Source: Bacillales bacterium UBA4694 (lineage in GTDB: Bacteria > Bacillota_I > Bacilli_A > RFN20 > CAG-288). From it: DNA of 64,000 nt. The position numbers were made by a program, and so were the translations under genes. The stretch spans positions 32,921 through 96,920 of the forward strand of contig DHKM01000035.1 of assembly GCA_002404835.1 (NCBI GenBank), written 5' to 3'. Positions 43,501-51,865 of this stretch are shown piece after piece (position 1 is the stretch's first letter; each line of letters starts with the position of its first letter). The notes beneath the pieces are model-generated. The model was not told the DNA's origin. It was given only the letters and a program-made list of their open reading frames with translations, and did not search any database.

Positions 43501-43799
43501 CTTCTACGTTGAAGACAATCGACTCTTATGCCATCAGCGGAAACCAGAATCTGACAGACGTCGTCCTTCCGGATGGACTTGAAACCATCAGCGAAGGGGC
43601 ATTTGCCTATTGTCCGTTTATGTCAACCAAGACATCCCTTGTTATTCCAAGTTCCATCACAGCTATCGGCTACCGTGCCTTCGATGGTTGGAAATCGACC
43701 CAGAAGATCGCCATGCCGTGGAGTGAGGATAAGACATTGATGAATATCGGTGACGATTGGAAGAATAGCTGCCGTGCAACAATCACCTATAAGGACTAA
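40587..43799 (+). CDS. lipoprotein with Listeria-Bacteroides (Flg_new-type) repeats and a long BspA-type LRR_5 array
   Basis: MKKKVTKIVSIAALALLLASC lipobox. YTVTFDLDGGTI...EFLGWYD and MVFTGWYLNDD repeats. From aa ~255 to the end there are about 30 units of the type (I/L)P(S/D)(S/T)(V/L)xxIGxxAFxxC/Nxx(L/I)(T/K)S(I/V)x(F/L). Confidence 0.85.
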   Translation: MKKKVTKIVSIAALALLLASCNNTSNSQSKTSHNSEAPISNRTSTTDQKDSKKTNSAKPSSDKESEKTNSGSSSTTKSDSTDPIVYYTVTFDLDGGTIADPTAVKTQKVQEGRWAKKPIISPTKDHCEFLGWYDSEFLYNFNQPVYGNLNLKAKWSVNEEEKVTLTIDPNNGQSTYTVDTFLGDYVSLDTPSKEGMVFTGWYLNDDESQKFTGRVTEEARDSSRIVAHYEKQSFNYKFIVNDDGTVTITGIYDIDSVVLNIPSTINGRNVTAIGENAFNSRISITDIDIPSTVTSISPKAFVGARALKSITVNSNNTAFESDGGVLYTKGKTEIVFCPPKYTTSAFTLPDTVVKVGDYAFYGHSDSGISSINFNEGLEEIGAYAFYENEKITSLTFPSTLKKIGGHAFYSNGQGTNQLNLSWNEGLEEIGEDAFLGQYIKGTLSFPSTVKVIGDYSFCTPADSHCAITKVELPASLETFGNGAFFYGVGIESISIPDSNKNFKVVDDVLYSKDGTKLVWCPSDMAVHQNISEFDIPSGVIELLPHSMSDIRYVDGINFPSTLKKIDDNAFHNNYYLTSLVIPDSVTEIGEEAFMMMDKLTSVTFGKGVKNIPEAAFYECSSMTDVEIPAFIDTVEKDAFFGCNLKSVTFHEGLKSIGDTAFAAYTTGSGKITSLVFPDSLQSIGASAFAGQSNIKTITFGKNINNIGGNAFGEYGGNAAPVPSELLATPDAIQAGLKVANDTLISADGKKAMYCVAGYTGAIVLPEGVEEVSPYAFKRVKATSVKLPSTLKTIGEGAFEYAFVYKKGETEVKLDIPASVSTIGEGAFYFSNVASLTLHQGLEEIGTSAFEMAMDLTGSVEFPASVKKIGDDAFANSSLLGITFNEGLEEIGKEAFLGNNQLSGVLALPSTLKSIGEAAFVGRRNSYSNSLTDITLPNGSNYFAVENTALYNKDKTRLVYVPARTTQTSITFASTLKTIDSYAISGNQNLTDVVLPDGLETISEGAFAYCPFMSTKTSLVIPSSITAIGYRAFDGWKSTQKIAMPWSEDKTLMNIGDDWKNSCRATITYKD

Positions 43800-43802
43800 G
43801 CA

Positions 43803-45026
43803 ATGAAATACGCAAAAACAATTTTGACACTTCTGTCTGTTTTCACGTTGGCATCCTGCGGTGGAAACTCATCCGGAAACTCTACGACAAATACCGGAAC
43901 GGGAAGCGGAAATCCTTACGCTTCCCAAAATTCCGCTAAATCGGATGTGGAAGATACTTCTACAAAGTTTGTCATCAATGCACCAGGAAAAGAAGATGAT
44001 ATCTATAAAAATCTTTCTATGGATCTGACAAAGCCTAGCCACCCTGCAATCGAAGGATATGCGTTCGAAGGCTGGTATACAGAAAAGGAAGGTGGAAGAA
44101 AAGTCGATTTTTCCAAATCGCAGCCCAAAATCTGTTATGGACATTGGACAGACTACAGTCAGTTGACCGCAAGCGAAAAGCTTGAATATTTCATCAATAC
44201 GCTTACGGAATATTCCGGGGAAGTCGTTCATACCGATGCGGATGAATCCGTCGCCTACCAGAGTGCTTTGTCTGAGGATATCTATGTCGGAACAGATCAT
44301 TTCTTTGCCGACAGATATGAAGACACATTTGTCAATTTCGATCATTATACTCCTTATTATGCTTATACAGAGGATGATATCGCTGATGAAGACAAGAAGT
44401 ATTCTTTGGCTGAGATAAACAAAATCAATCATCGAATCCAGATTCAGGAATTCTATCAGGATGGTAATGTCTATTCGGTCGGAAAATTCGACCCTGAATT
44501 CCGTAATTACAGCAAAGTGGATATGAAGGATGGATATTCCAAGAGCAAGATGAATCTTGCTAAAGCTAAATCTACCTTATCTATCGGTTTTGAATCCTAT
44601 TTTCTCGGCTATCCGAGCCAGCTTCTTACCTATATGCAGAAGAACCATGAGTTCTATGAGGCTTCTTCTATAAGCGGTGACGAAGGCAAAGAAGGCGATT
44701 ACTATTACTTTAAGAATATCGATGTTACCGGTGTTGATCCGTATTTGGATTCTGGAATCGATTTTGAAATCGGATTTGCAATTACTTCGACTAGCGGTGA
44801 TTACAACATGACCAGCATTTATCAGGCAACATCAGGAATTGCTTTTAAGAATGGTAAAATTGCACATTGCAATATGACAAAGGTTATAGGTAGTTCCTTG
44901 AACAATGAACTTCTTGAAGTGTATTCCTATTCGAATTTCTATGATTTCACTCAAGGTGATATCAACCGCCCATACGATGGCGTGAAGTTCAAACTGTCTG
45001 ATTTCGAAGAACTTGAAGACGAATAA
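43803..45026 (+). CDS. lipoprotein (407 aa) with one Flg_new-type repeat
   Basis: Starts 3 nt after the upstream stop. MKYAKTILTLLSVFTLASC lipobox. AIEGYAFEGWYTEKEGGRKVDF repeat. Confidence 0.8.
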   Translation: MKYAKTILTLLSVFTLASCGGNSSGNSTTNTGTGSGNPYASQNSAKSDVEDTSTKFVINAPGKEDDIYKNLSMDLTKPSHPAIEGYAFEGWYTEKEGGRKVDFSKSQPKICYGHWTDYSQLTASEKLEYFINTLTEYSGEVVHTDADESVAYQSALSEDIYVGTDHFFADRYEDTFVNFDHYTPYYAYTEDDIADEDKKYSLAEINKINHRIQIQEFYQDGNVYSVGKFDPEFRNYSKVDMKDGYSKSKMNLAKAKSTLSIGFESYFLGYPSQLLTYMQKNHEFYEASSISGDEGKEGDYYYFKNIDVTGVDPYLDSGIDFEIGFAITSTSGDYNMTSIYQATSGIAFKNGKIAHCNMTKVIGSSLNNELLEVYSYSNFYDFTQGDINRPYDGVKFKLSDFEELEDE

Positions 45027-45028
45027 GT

Positions 45029-45066
45029 AAAAAAGTCAGGACTTTTCTTAGGCCCTGACTTTTTTT
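45029..45066 (+). terminator. intrinsic terminator
   Basis: aaaaagtcagg / cctgacttttt inverted repeat with a 13-nt loop and a T7 tail. Confidence 0.75.
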
Positions 45067-45071
45067 GTACA

Positions 45072-45100
45072 CAAAAAGCCTCCGCTAATAAACGGAGGCT
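45072..45100 (-). terminator. intrinsic terminator
   Basis: Stem agcctccg / cggaggct with an 8-nt loop. The minus strand continues with ttttt. Confidence 0.8.
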
Positions 45101-45109
45101 AGAAATCAT

Positions 45110-48100
45110 TTAAGCGATGGCTGAAAATCCTGTGGCAAGGAAGATTACCGTATCATCAATCTCGTAACGTTCATCCGGAGTGAATATCTTCTTCTCTTCA
45201 TCGATGGTGAATAGGACTGCTTTTCCGTTTAATGTGACGGAGAGTTTTGTTCCCTCGATTGTATAGGCGACATTGGTGTTTTTGGCATTGCTTCCACCAA
45301 GTGGACTTGTCTTGCTTGCCCCATATCCGGCTGAGGTAGATAAGGTCATTTCTTTGTCGGAGAAGACGAAGAACATATCCTTTTCTTCGCTGGTCGATCC
45401 ATATTCCTCGTCTTCATAGGTAATAGAGACAGACCCCTTGAAAGTTTTTCCTTTCAACCATTCCGGAATGACGACTGCTTCTTTCTTGACCGCTGTATAG
45501 GTCTTTGCGGCCGTATCGAGAGTAACGGTATAGGTGTTTTCTCCTTCAACGACTTCAATAGTCCCATCCTCTTTTTTCGTATAGGTGATGGTTTTATCAC
45601 CCATGGTTCCTGTGCCATCTCCGTTGAGGACAAGCTTTCCGGTTGTCTCGTTTTCGTATTCTTCTTTGACGGCACTTTCGACTATGGTAAGTTTTCCGTT
45701 TTCGTTCTTCATGTTGATGACTTCGTTGTCCGTGGTCGTGAAGGTGAATTCGGTTCCATCGGTCTTGATGGTTTCCGGTGTGTTGATTGTTCCCCAAATA
45801 TAATTGGTTCCATCATAATAGACAGAGGAATAAGAAGAATCCTTTGCACCGGTGGACGGGTTGTTCATGGTTGCTACCAAATTATTTCCTGTCTTGGCAT
45901 TCAGAACCTGGAGGTTGCAGTGGCTTAATGCCATCTCATCGATCTTGGTGGAGAGGAAATATACCATGGAAGGAGAATACTGATAGATGGCATCTTTTCC
46001 GTCCGGTGAGACCCAGAATGGTTCGCTGCTTCCGAATTCCAATGCACCGCTATCCAGAACATGGATATCTTTGCTTGCAGAATAAATTGCACTATTTGTT
46101 CTGAAATCACCCTGGAAACTATCATTCAGGATCATGTTTGCAAAGGAATCTGTACTGCTGAGCCTTGCACCGCGGAAAGTTCCTACACCATAGTTTATCG
46201 GCGTATAGGTGTTATCCTCTTTGACCATAAGGTTATAGGAAGCTTCACCGAATGTGAACTTCAAGGCAGAACCGCCAAGGCTGGTATAGCTTCCGTTTTC
46301 TTCAGTGCCATCCTCTTTGGTAAGAACCGCACTGCCGAAACCATCGACCTTGATGCTTCCGAATTTGCCGGTGATGGTCTTTTCTTCACCTTTGACATAA
46401 TCGTTCAGCTTGCCTTTCTTGTTTTCGAAGTAAAGCGTATTTGCCCCGTCGCTGACGCTGAAGATTGCACCATCTGTGCTGAAGGAGTCCTTTCCGTTCT
46501 TGACTTCGACTGTAACAGCTTTGGCATCGACATTGTAAAATGATCCATAGAGTGAAGCCTTTGTCAGTTTGAGATAGACAAATTTGCTCTTCTGGTCATC
46601 GCCGATTTCGGCAACATAGGATCTGACTGTGGCACTATAATCATCGCTGTAGACGATATTCTTCTTTGTGATAGTGTCGACTCCATCGATGAAGAAGTCG
46701 ATTTGGTTGAGGGATGTAGCCTGATTCTGCTTGGCTGTTGTTACACTGTATGCGGAATATTCGTTCACATAAATTAAATCAGTACTGAGTTTCTTTCCTG
46801 GGTAATAATAGGTTCCATTGGTAAGGATGAAATCATCGCTTGTTGAATTATAATCGTTAAGATAGATGCTTTGATGGTTAAGTGTTCCATAACCGGTGGA
46901 AGAAAGATCCAACGTCTTTGTTGTAGAAAGCCTGTCGTTTCCGTAACTGCTATAGGCAACACCAGCTTTCTTTCCCAAGAGAACATCACCAGCCTTGAGA
47001 ACAACGTTTCCTTCCTCCACAGTGAAAGTAAGGGTGTCGTTTTCTTTTCTGTCCGGGACACAAAAATCCTTGTCGGTGTAATATCCGTCTTCCGTTCCGA
47101 GAGTTAAGGCATTTCCGGACCCACGCTGTACACTGATGGTCTTGATACCGTAGTTGTCTTCATCGGTCAATGTGGCTTTGATATAAACCTGATCGGTTTT
47201 TCTGACGCCAGCAAGAGGAGCTTCTGTATAGGTAGCAGCTCCATTCTCATCGAGGGTCTTGAGATATGCTTTCAAAGTGACATGATCAGAATTTACAAGG
47301 TTGATCTTGTATCTTCTGGCTTTTGTTGTGATCTTAAGATCGACGCTGGAGGAAGGCATTTCGAATTCGTATTTTCCGGTCTCTTCATTGAGGGTTGCCA
47401 GAATTCCGTTGGCCTCAATCTTGTCGATATCATAGTAGTCGTTACCGTTCACAGTGACGGAAACCTTATCCTTGTAGATGGAATAATCGGCGACGCTGAC
47501 ATTGTCCTTCAGGGTAAGCTTGTGTTTTGTATCCGTAGTTTCGAATTCTTCGCCATCCACGATGCGAGGATTGATCTTGAAAATAGATGCAGTGGTCTTC
47601 CTTGTGATTGTTACCGGACCATCGGGCATAATGAAAGTATAGGATCCGTCTTCGTTCTTGGTATATTCGACGTTGGCTTCTTCTTCTGTTTTTCCGTCTC
47701 TTGTGATGACAACTTCTCCGTCGAATTCATATCCTGCTTCAAGACCGATACGGAAATTGACGCTTTCGCCTTTGCTGGCTGCGGTAGGACCGGAAACAAT
47801 GGCACCATCTCCTGCTTTATCGGTGATGGAGAATTTTGCAGGAGCATCGGATAAGGTGACAACAACATCCATATCTTTACCGGTATTTATGAAACTTCCT
47901 TCAAATGTTTTGGCAGAACCATCTACCGCATGCATCATAACTTCGTCGTCATCTGCTTTTACGATTGGAGAAGTCTTTGTTTCATCTCCAATGGTAACAC
48001 GGACTGTAACAAGTTCTAATTTCTTTGCTTTCGTAGTAGAAACAGCTATGGTTGCTCCCGGAATTTGGGCAACATTGATGTTGTAAAGTTTATCTTCGGT

Positions 48101-48529
48101 TTTGGCAGTAACCGTCAAAGCGTTATCCGGCATGACGAAGGAATAAGTTCCCTCTTCGTCAGCTTCCAGGACATTTACGCCATCGATGGTAATATAGGAA
48201 AGAACTTTTTCTTCTTCTAGTTGTGCAGTAAAACTTATCTTATCTCCCTTTTTGGCTTCATTAGGAATGCCATTCAAGGTCACCCCTTCTGCATCGATTG
48301 TAATCGGATGAGGAAGAAGTTTTTCAGTGGTATCGGTTTTGCTGGTAGTTGTCGATGTTGAACTTCCAGCCGTCGAATGATTGCTCTTGTTACTTTCGCT
48401 GGAGTTCATAGAAGTCTTATCGGATTTGTCACTACTGCCGGTGATGTTGGAATCGGATTTGTGATTGTTGCATCCTGCTAACAAAAATAGACTCAATAAA
48501 CTGATAGCGATTGTGTTTCTTTTCTTCAT
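45110..48529 (-). CDS. large surface lipoprotein (1139 aa) with N-terminal tandem Ig-like/beta-sandwich modules
   Basis: SD GGAGGA. MKKRNTIAISLLSLFLLAGC lipobox. About five ~75-aa units with the pattern G(D/E)x(I/V)xF...(V/I)xxIx(V/I)(D/N)G...(D/E)GxYxFxMPxxx(V/L)x(V/I). Remainder unassigned. Confidence 0.85.
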   Translation of the reverse strand: MKKRNTIAISLLSLFLLAGCNNHKSDSNITGSSDKSDKTSMNSSESNKSNHSTAGSSTSTTTSKTDTTEKLLPHPITIDAEGVTLNGIPNEAKKGDKISFTAQLEEEKVLSYITIDGVNVLEADEEGTYSFVMPDNALTVTAKTEDKLYNINVAQIPGATIAVSTTKAKKLELVTVRVTIGDETKTSPIVKADDDEVMMHAVDGSAKTFEGSFINTGKDMDVVVTLSDAPAKFSITDKAGDGAIVSGPTAASKGESVNFRIGLEAGYEFDGEVVITRDGKTEEEANVEYTKNEDGSYTFIMPDGPVTITRKTTASIFKINPRIVDGEEFETTDTKHKLTLKDNVSVADYSIYKDKVSVTVNGNDYYDIDKIEANGILATLNEETGKYEFEMPSSSVDLKITTKARRYKINLVNSDHVTLKAYLKTLDENGAATYTEAPLAGVRKTDQVYIKATLTDEDNYGIKTISVQRGSGNALTLGTEDGYYTDKDFCVPDRKENDTLTFTVEEGNVVLKAGDVLLGKKAGVAYSSYGNDRLSTTKTLDLSSTGYGTLNHQSIYLNDYNSTSDDFILTNGTYYYPGKKLSTDLIYVNEYSAYSVTTAKQNQATSLNQIDFFIDGVDTITKKNIVYSDDYSATVRSYVAEIGDDQKSKFVYLKLTKASLYGSFYNVDAKAVTVEVKNGKDSFSTDGAIFSVSDGANTLYFENKKGKLNDYVKGEEKTITGKFGSIKVDGFGSAVLTKEDGTEENGSYTSLGGSALKFTFGEASYNLMVKEDNTYTPINYGVGTFRGARLSSTDSFANMILNDSFQGDFRTNSAIYSASKDIHVLDSGALEFGSSEPFWVSPDGKDAIYQYSPSMVYFLSTKIDEMALSHCNLQVLNAKTGNNLVATMNNPSTGAKDSSYSSVYYDGTNYIWGTINTPETIKTDGTEFTFTTTDNEVINMKNENGKLTIVESAVKEEYENETTGKLVLNGDGTGTMGDKTITYTKKEDGTIEVVEGENTYTVTLDTAAKTYTAVKKEAVVIPEWLKGKTFKGSVSITYEDEEYGSTSEEKDMFFVFSDKEMTLSTSAGYGASKTSPLGGSNAKNTNVAYTIEGTKLSVTLNGKAVLFTIDEEKKIFTPDERYEIDDTVIFLATGFSAIA

Positions 48530-48807
48530 TATAGATCCTCCGCGTAACGCTATGTATATATTGTAAACTTTATTGTGGGAAATAGGGCGGAAAATTAATA
48601 TTAAATTTTGAATGTTTGGTAATCCTTTTACCTATTTGCCGATAAATTACGTACTTTTTACATATTGGCGAAACAAAACAATTAAATTGTAATCGCTTAC
48701 ATTTTAAGCAAGCTATAACTCTGATCAGATCAAAAAAACATTGTTGTTTCTGAAGATAATCTACTTCCGTTATTCATGTTTTCATCCTAAATTGTTTTTG
48801 ATGACAA

Positions 48808-48834
48808 ATAAAAAACCGATGAATAATTCATCGG
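48808..48834 (-). terminator. intrinsic terminator of the tRNA-Pro transcription unit
   Basis: Stem ccgatgaa / ttcatcgg with a 3-nt loop. The minus strand continues with ttttttat. Confidence 0.75.
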
Positions 48835-48847
48835 TCGCATTTATCGA

Positions 48848-48924
48848 TGGTTGAAGCGATGGGATTTGAACCCATGACCTCTTGGTCCCGAACCAAGCGT
48901 GCTACCAAGCTGCACCACGCCTCA
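48848..48924 (-). tRNA. tRNA-Pro (anticodon CGG), CCA-encoded, unusual U1-A72 acceptor pair
   Basis: Hand-folded cloverleaf on the minus strand: TGAGGCG-TG-GTGC-AGCTTGGTA-GCAC-G-CTTGG-TTCGGGA-CCAAG-AGGTC-ATGGG-TTCAAAT-CCCAT-CGCTTCA-A-CCA (77 nt). All stems pair, with one G-U at 4:69. Has U8, A14, G18G19, T54-loop TTCAAAT and G37. Confidence 0.8.
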
Positions 48925-48940
48925 ATTTAGATGCTTGTTT

Positions 48941-48969
48941 ATTATAGCCATCCTCCTATTCCAATTCAA
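48941..48969 (-). promoter_or_regulatory. sigma70-type promoter of tRNA-Pro
   Basis: The minus strand reads TTGAAT (48969-64), a 17-nt spacer, then TATAAT (48946-41), about 16 nt upstream of the tRNA 5' end. Confidence 0.7.
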
Positions 48970-49010
48970 GAGAAAATTAAATTTTTCTGAGATATTTTTG
49001 AAAAAAAGAA

Positions 49011-49039
49011 AAAGGTGGGAAGTTTTTCTTCCCACCTTT
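49011..49039 (-). terminator. intrinsic terminator
   Basis: 12-bp stem aaaggtgggaag / cttcccaccttt with a 5-nt loop. The minus strand continues with ttttcttttttt, 3 nt after stop 49043. Confidence 0.85.
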
Positions 49040-49042
49040 AGA

Positions 49043-51706
49043 TCACTTCTTGAAGTCAATCGGCTTGACTGGTTTGATTGCTGTCGGTTTTGGACGATTT
49101 GCTGGTGCTGTAGTTTTCTTTACCTGTAGCGGAGCAACAGGTCTGACAACATCTGGCTTAATGGAAGCCGGTTTTTCTTCTTTCTTTTCGGATGTTTCGA
49201 CAGGTTTGATCGGAGCAATCGGTTTGATTGTTTTCTTCTCTTCCTGTTTTTCTTCAACAGGCGGCTGCTCTACCTTGATTTCATCGGCTCTGTTAGCCTT
49301 TAAGAGATCACGGATGGAAGTTGCTTTCTGCATCGAATTGTCAACAGCAAGAGGTTTGATTGGCTTGAGGTTGTTGGTGTTTTTAACGACATTGATATTC
49401 TCGTAACCATTCTTTCTGATTTCTTCCTGTCTTCTCCTTTGCTTCCAAGAGGAGTCGTTGTTTTGTCCGGCAAAGATAGGCTGAGCAGTTGGCTGGACCT
49501 TTGTAACACCCTTGAGGAATGCTTCTTCAGAGGTAAGACTTCCTTGGTAAGTCTTGATTCGATACTTGGAAAGTTCGAATTTGACTTTTCTTGCCTTAAT
49601 CGGTTTGATGTCTTTCGGAGCTTCTCGCTTGGCGACTTGATGCATCGGACCGGAGATTTTTTCTAGTTTCTTCGTTTCTTCAGCAACAGGTTCAGGGGAG
49701 GTTTCTTCATGTTTGATTGGAGCAATCGGGGCAACTTTAGGTTTATTCACTTGGTCGTTTGGTTTGTGGATAGGATTCATCTTGATGACTTTAACTGTTG
49801 GACCAGGTTTTGGTTGAGGTTGTGGAGCAGGTTTGACTTCTTCTTTCTTCTCTTCTTCGACAGGCTTAACTTCTGCTTCCGGATCATAAGGAGGCAATGT
49901 CCAAGAATCGTCAATGGCTACAGGTTTTGTTTCAAGTACTTTGAAGTCAGGCTTTGCGTCTTCCTCAGCCTTCTTTCTTCTTTCCTCTTCTTCCTTGCGG
50001 CTTCTTTCTTCTTCTTCGGCAAATTCTTTCTGCTTCCTTGCTTCCTCTTCTTCGGCAAGTTTCTTAAGCTTTTCTTCTTCGGCAAGCTTTTGCCTCTGTT
50101 TTTCTTCTTCTAACTTCCTACGTTCTTCTTCTATTCTTCTCTTCTCTTCTTCCAACTCTTTCCTTGCTTGTTCAAGGGCTTCTTGTTCAGCTTTTCTCTT
50201 CTCTTCTTCTGGATCATAGCTTGGCAAAATCCAACTATTGTCGATATCTGTTGGTTTTGTTTCTATGATCTTATCTTCCTCGACTTTTTCTTCCTGAGGT
50301 TCTTTCTGAGGTGTTTCTTCAACGATTTCCTCTACTGGTTGAATCGCTTCTTTTGTCTCTTCAACTGTTTCAGATACCGTCTTTTCAACTGGTTCCGGCT
50401 CAGGTTCAGGTGTTGACTCTTCCTGTTTTTCTTCTTTGACTTCTTCAAGTGGCTCAGGAGCTTTTTCTTCGAAGACAGGTTGCTTTTCTGCTTCTTCCGA
50501 AGCTAGGTCTGTCATGTCTTCCTCAACTAATGCTTCTTCTTTGACTGGAGGGATTGGTTCGATGATCTTCTCTTCCATAGGTTTGATATCAGCTTCCCAT
50601 GGATTAGCAGACCATTCATCGATTCCCGGAAGCACATCGACAGGTTTTATGTCTTCCTGTTCTTCGTCAGGTAGATTTGCTTTCTTCAGATTGTTTGGTT
50701 CAAGATCTTCGATGATTTCGTTTTCGTCATCATGATAGATACCGGGTAGCTCATCGATGGTATGCAAGGAGAAGGGTTCTAATGTATTAAGGATGGATAA
50801 TTCACGCTTTGTAATCGGTTTTTTCTTCTCAGGAGCAGGCTCTTGTTCTTTCTTTACGGCCTCGACAAGATGTTCCTCTTCTGTTTTTTCTTCTTTCTCG
50901 GCTACTGGTTCACTGGCGTTGATTGGAACAGGGGTTGGCTCGTTTGTAGTGTCGGATTGATTTTCTTTCTGTTCTTTGTCGTCATTGACAATTTCTTCTT
51001 TTTTACTTGGTTCAGTCTCTTCTTCAGCATCTTCTTCCAACTGTTTCCTTGATTTGGATTGTGGGAGATAGACAAGTAGGAGATAAATCAAATTGAACAG
51101 AATATAGATGATGAAGATCCAGAAGGCTCCAATCATTTTCGCATCATTCAAATGTTTGAACAAGGAGAAGAATGAAATGTCTTTTAAGATTCCACCAAAC
51201 TTAGTTGTGACAAGGTTTGTATATTCGTTAAGCTTATCTCCGAAGATTCCGAGCTTATCAGAGAAAGGAATCAGGCAGATGCAAGCTAGCAGGCAAATAT
51301 CGATGATTGCCAGAAGAGCCAGGAAGAAGCGCCTCAAACCAATTTTTGATTTGTGTGCTCTTTTCACGCTTCCCATCAGGGAGAAGGATTTGAGAATGAA
51401 GTAAATATTGATGATAAGCACGCTCAGGAATCCAAGTGACATGACCCAACCGTTCTTATAAGCATTCTGTGTGAAGGCTGTGCTTGAGAATCCATACCAT
51501 GTGTCTAGCTTGTTTCCTACTTTGGTGATGAAGTTGCTCATTCCATTTTGGAACCCGGCTTGACCTAATGTCGCATTGTAAGCGGCTGGTAGAAATACCA
51601 ATATGCCCAAGGCAATCAATACTATGAATAGTATGATAAAGATTGTCCTGAACGCGATGGTAGAACCTGGTGTTGGTTCCCTCACCTTGTTGTTTTTCTT
51701 ACTCAT
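49043..51706 (-). CDS. 887-aa membrane protein: four-TM N-terminal domain plus ~670-aa highly charged, Pro/Glu/Lys-rich tail with central E/K/R helix
   Basis: SD AAGGAG 8 nt upstream. TM helices in aa 17-215. The tail has no globular-looking motif. See the repeat feature. Confidence 0.8.
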   Translation of the reverse strand: MSKKNNKVREPTPGSTIAFRTIFIILFIVLIALGILVFLPAAYNATLGQAGFQNGMSNFITKVGNKLDTWYGFSSTAFTQNAYKNGWVMSLGFLSVLIINIYFILKSFSLMGSVKRAHKSKIGLRRFFLALLAIIDICLLACICLIPFSDKLGIFGDKLNEYTNLVTTKFGGILKDISFFSLFKHLNDAKMIGAFWIFIIYILFNLIYLLLVYLPQSKSRKQLEEDAEEETEPSKKEEIVNDDKEQKENQSDTTNEPTPVPINASEPVAEKEEKTEEEHLVEAVKKEQEPAPEKKKPITKRELSILNTLEPFSLHTIDELPGIYHDDENEIIEDLEPNNLKKANLPDEEQEDIKPVDVLPGIDEWSANPWEADIKPMEEKIIEPIPPVKEEALVEEDMTDLASEEAEKQPVFEEKAPEPLEEVKEEKQEESTPEPEPEPVEKTVSETVEETKEAIQPVEEIVEETPQKEPQEEKVEEDKIIETKPTDIDNSWILPSYDPEEEKRKAEQEALEQARKELEEEKRRIEEERRKLEEEKQRQKLAEEEKLKKLAEEEEARKQKEFAEEEERSRKEEEERRKKAEEDAKPDFKVLETKPVAIDDSWTLPPYDPEAEVKPVEEEKKEEVKPAPQPQPKPGPTVKVIKMNPIHKPNDQVNKPKVAPIAPIKHEETSPEPVAEETKKLEKISGPMHQVAKREAPKDIKPIKARKVKFELSKYRIKTYQGSLTSEEAFLKGVTKVQPTAQPIFAGQNNDSSWKQRRRQEEIRKNGYENINVVKNTNNLKPIKPLAVDNSMQKATSIRDLLKANRADEIKVEQPPVEEKQEEKKTIKPIAPIKPVETSEKKEEKPASIKPDVVRPVAPLQVKKTTAPANRPKPTAIKPVKPIDFKK
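49877..50263 (-). repeat. duplicated 19-aa motif flanking an ~85-aa E/K/R-only segment (coding)
   Basis: aa 482-500 ETKPTDIDNSWILPSYDPE and aa 592-610 ETKPVAIDDSWTLPPYDPE bracket EEKRKAEQEALEQARKELEEEKRRIEEERRKLEEEKQRQKLAEEEKLKKLAEEEEARKQKEFAEEEERSRKEEEERRKKAEEDAK. Confidence 0.8.
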
Positions 51707-51865
51707 ATCTTTGGCTCCTTTACTATCCTCTAATATAAGATTTGTATTAGTTTACCACTAGAAAGTTATTGTTTACAAGATTTTTTCTACTAATTATTAA
51801 GAATTCTTAGAGAAACAACTTATTAATGGACGCGGTGCTAGTTTAATTGCTTCTTGAAAAGAGAA

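Noticed and set aside
48654-48703. Two LytTR-box-like sequences (minus strand tatgtaaaaag and aatgtaagcga) upstream of the 1139-aa lipoprotein gene.
   Set aside because: They have the opposite orientation relative to the downstream gene compared with the sites at 19355-19429 and 21553-21584. Their spacing is 39 bp rather than 21 or 42, and both deviate from the consensus at the GG end. They are likely chance matches in AT-rich DNA.
49900-50220. Highly repetitive ttcttc/cttctt DNA that at first glance resembles a tandem-repeat or spacer array.
   Set aside because: It is the antisense image of GAA/GAG/AAG/AAA codons encoding the E/K/R-rich helix of the 887-aa protein. There are no unit repeats with unique spacers, and no CRISPR-like structure occurs anywhere in the window.
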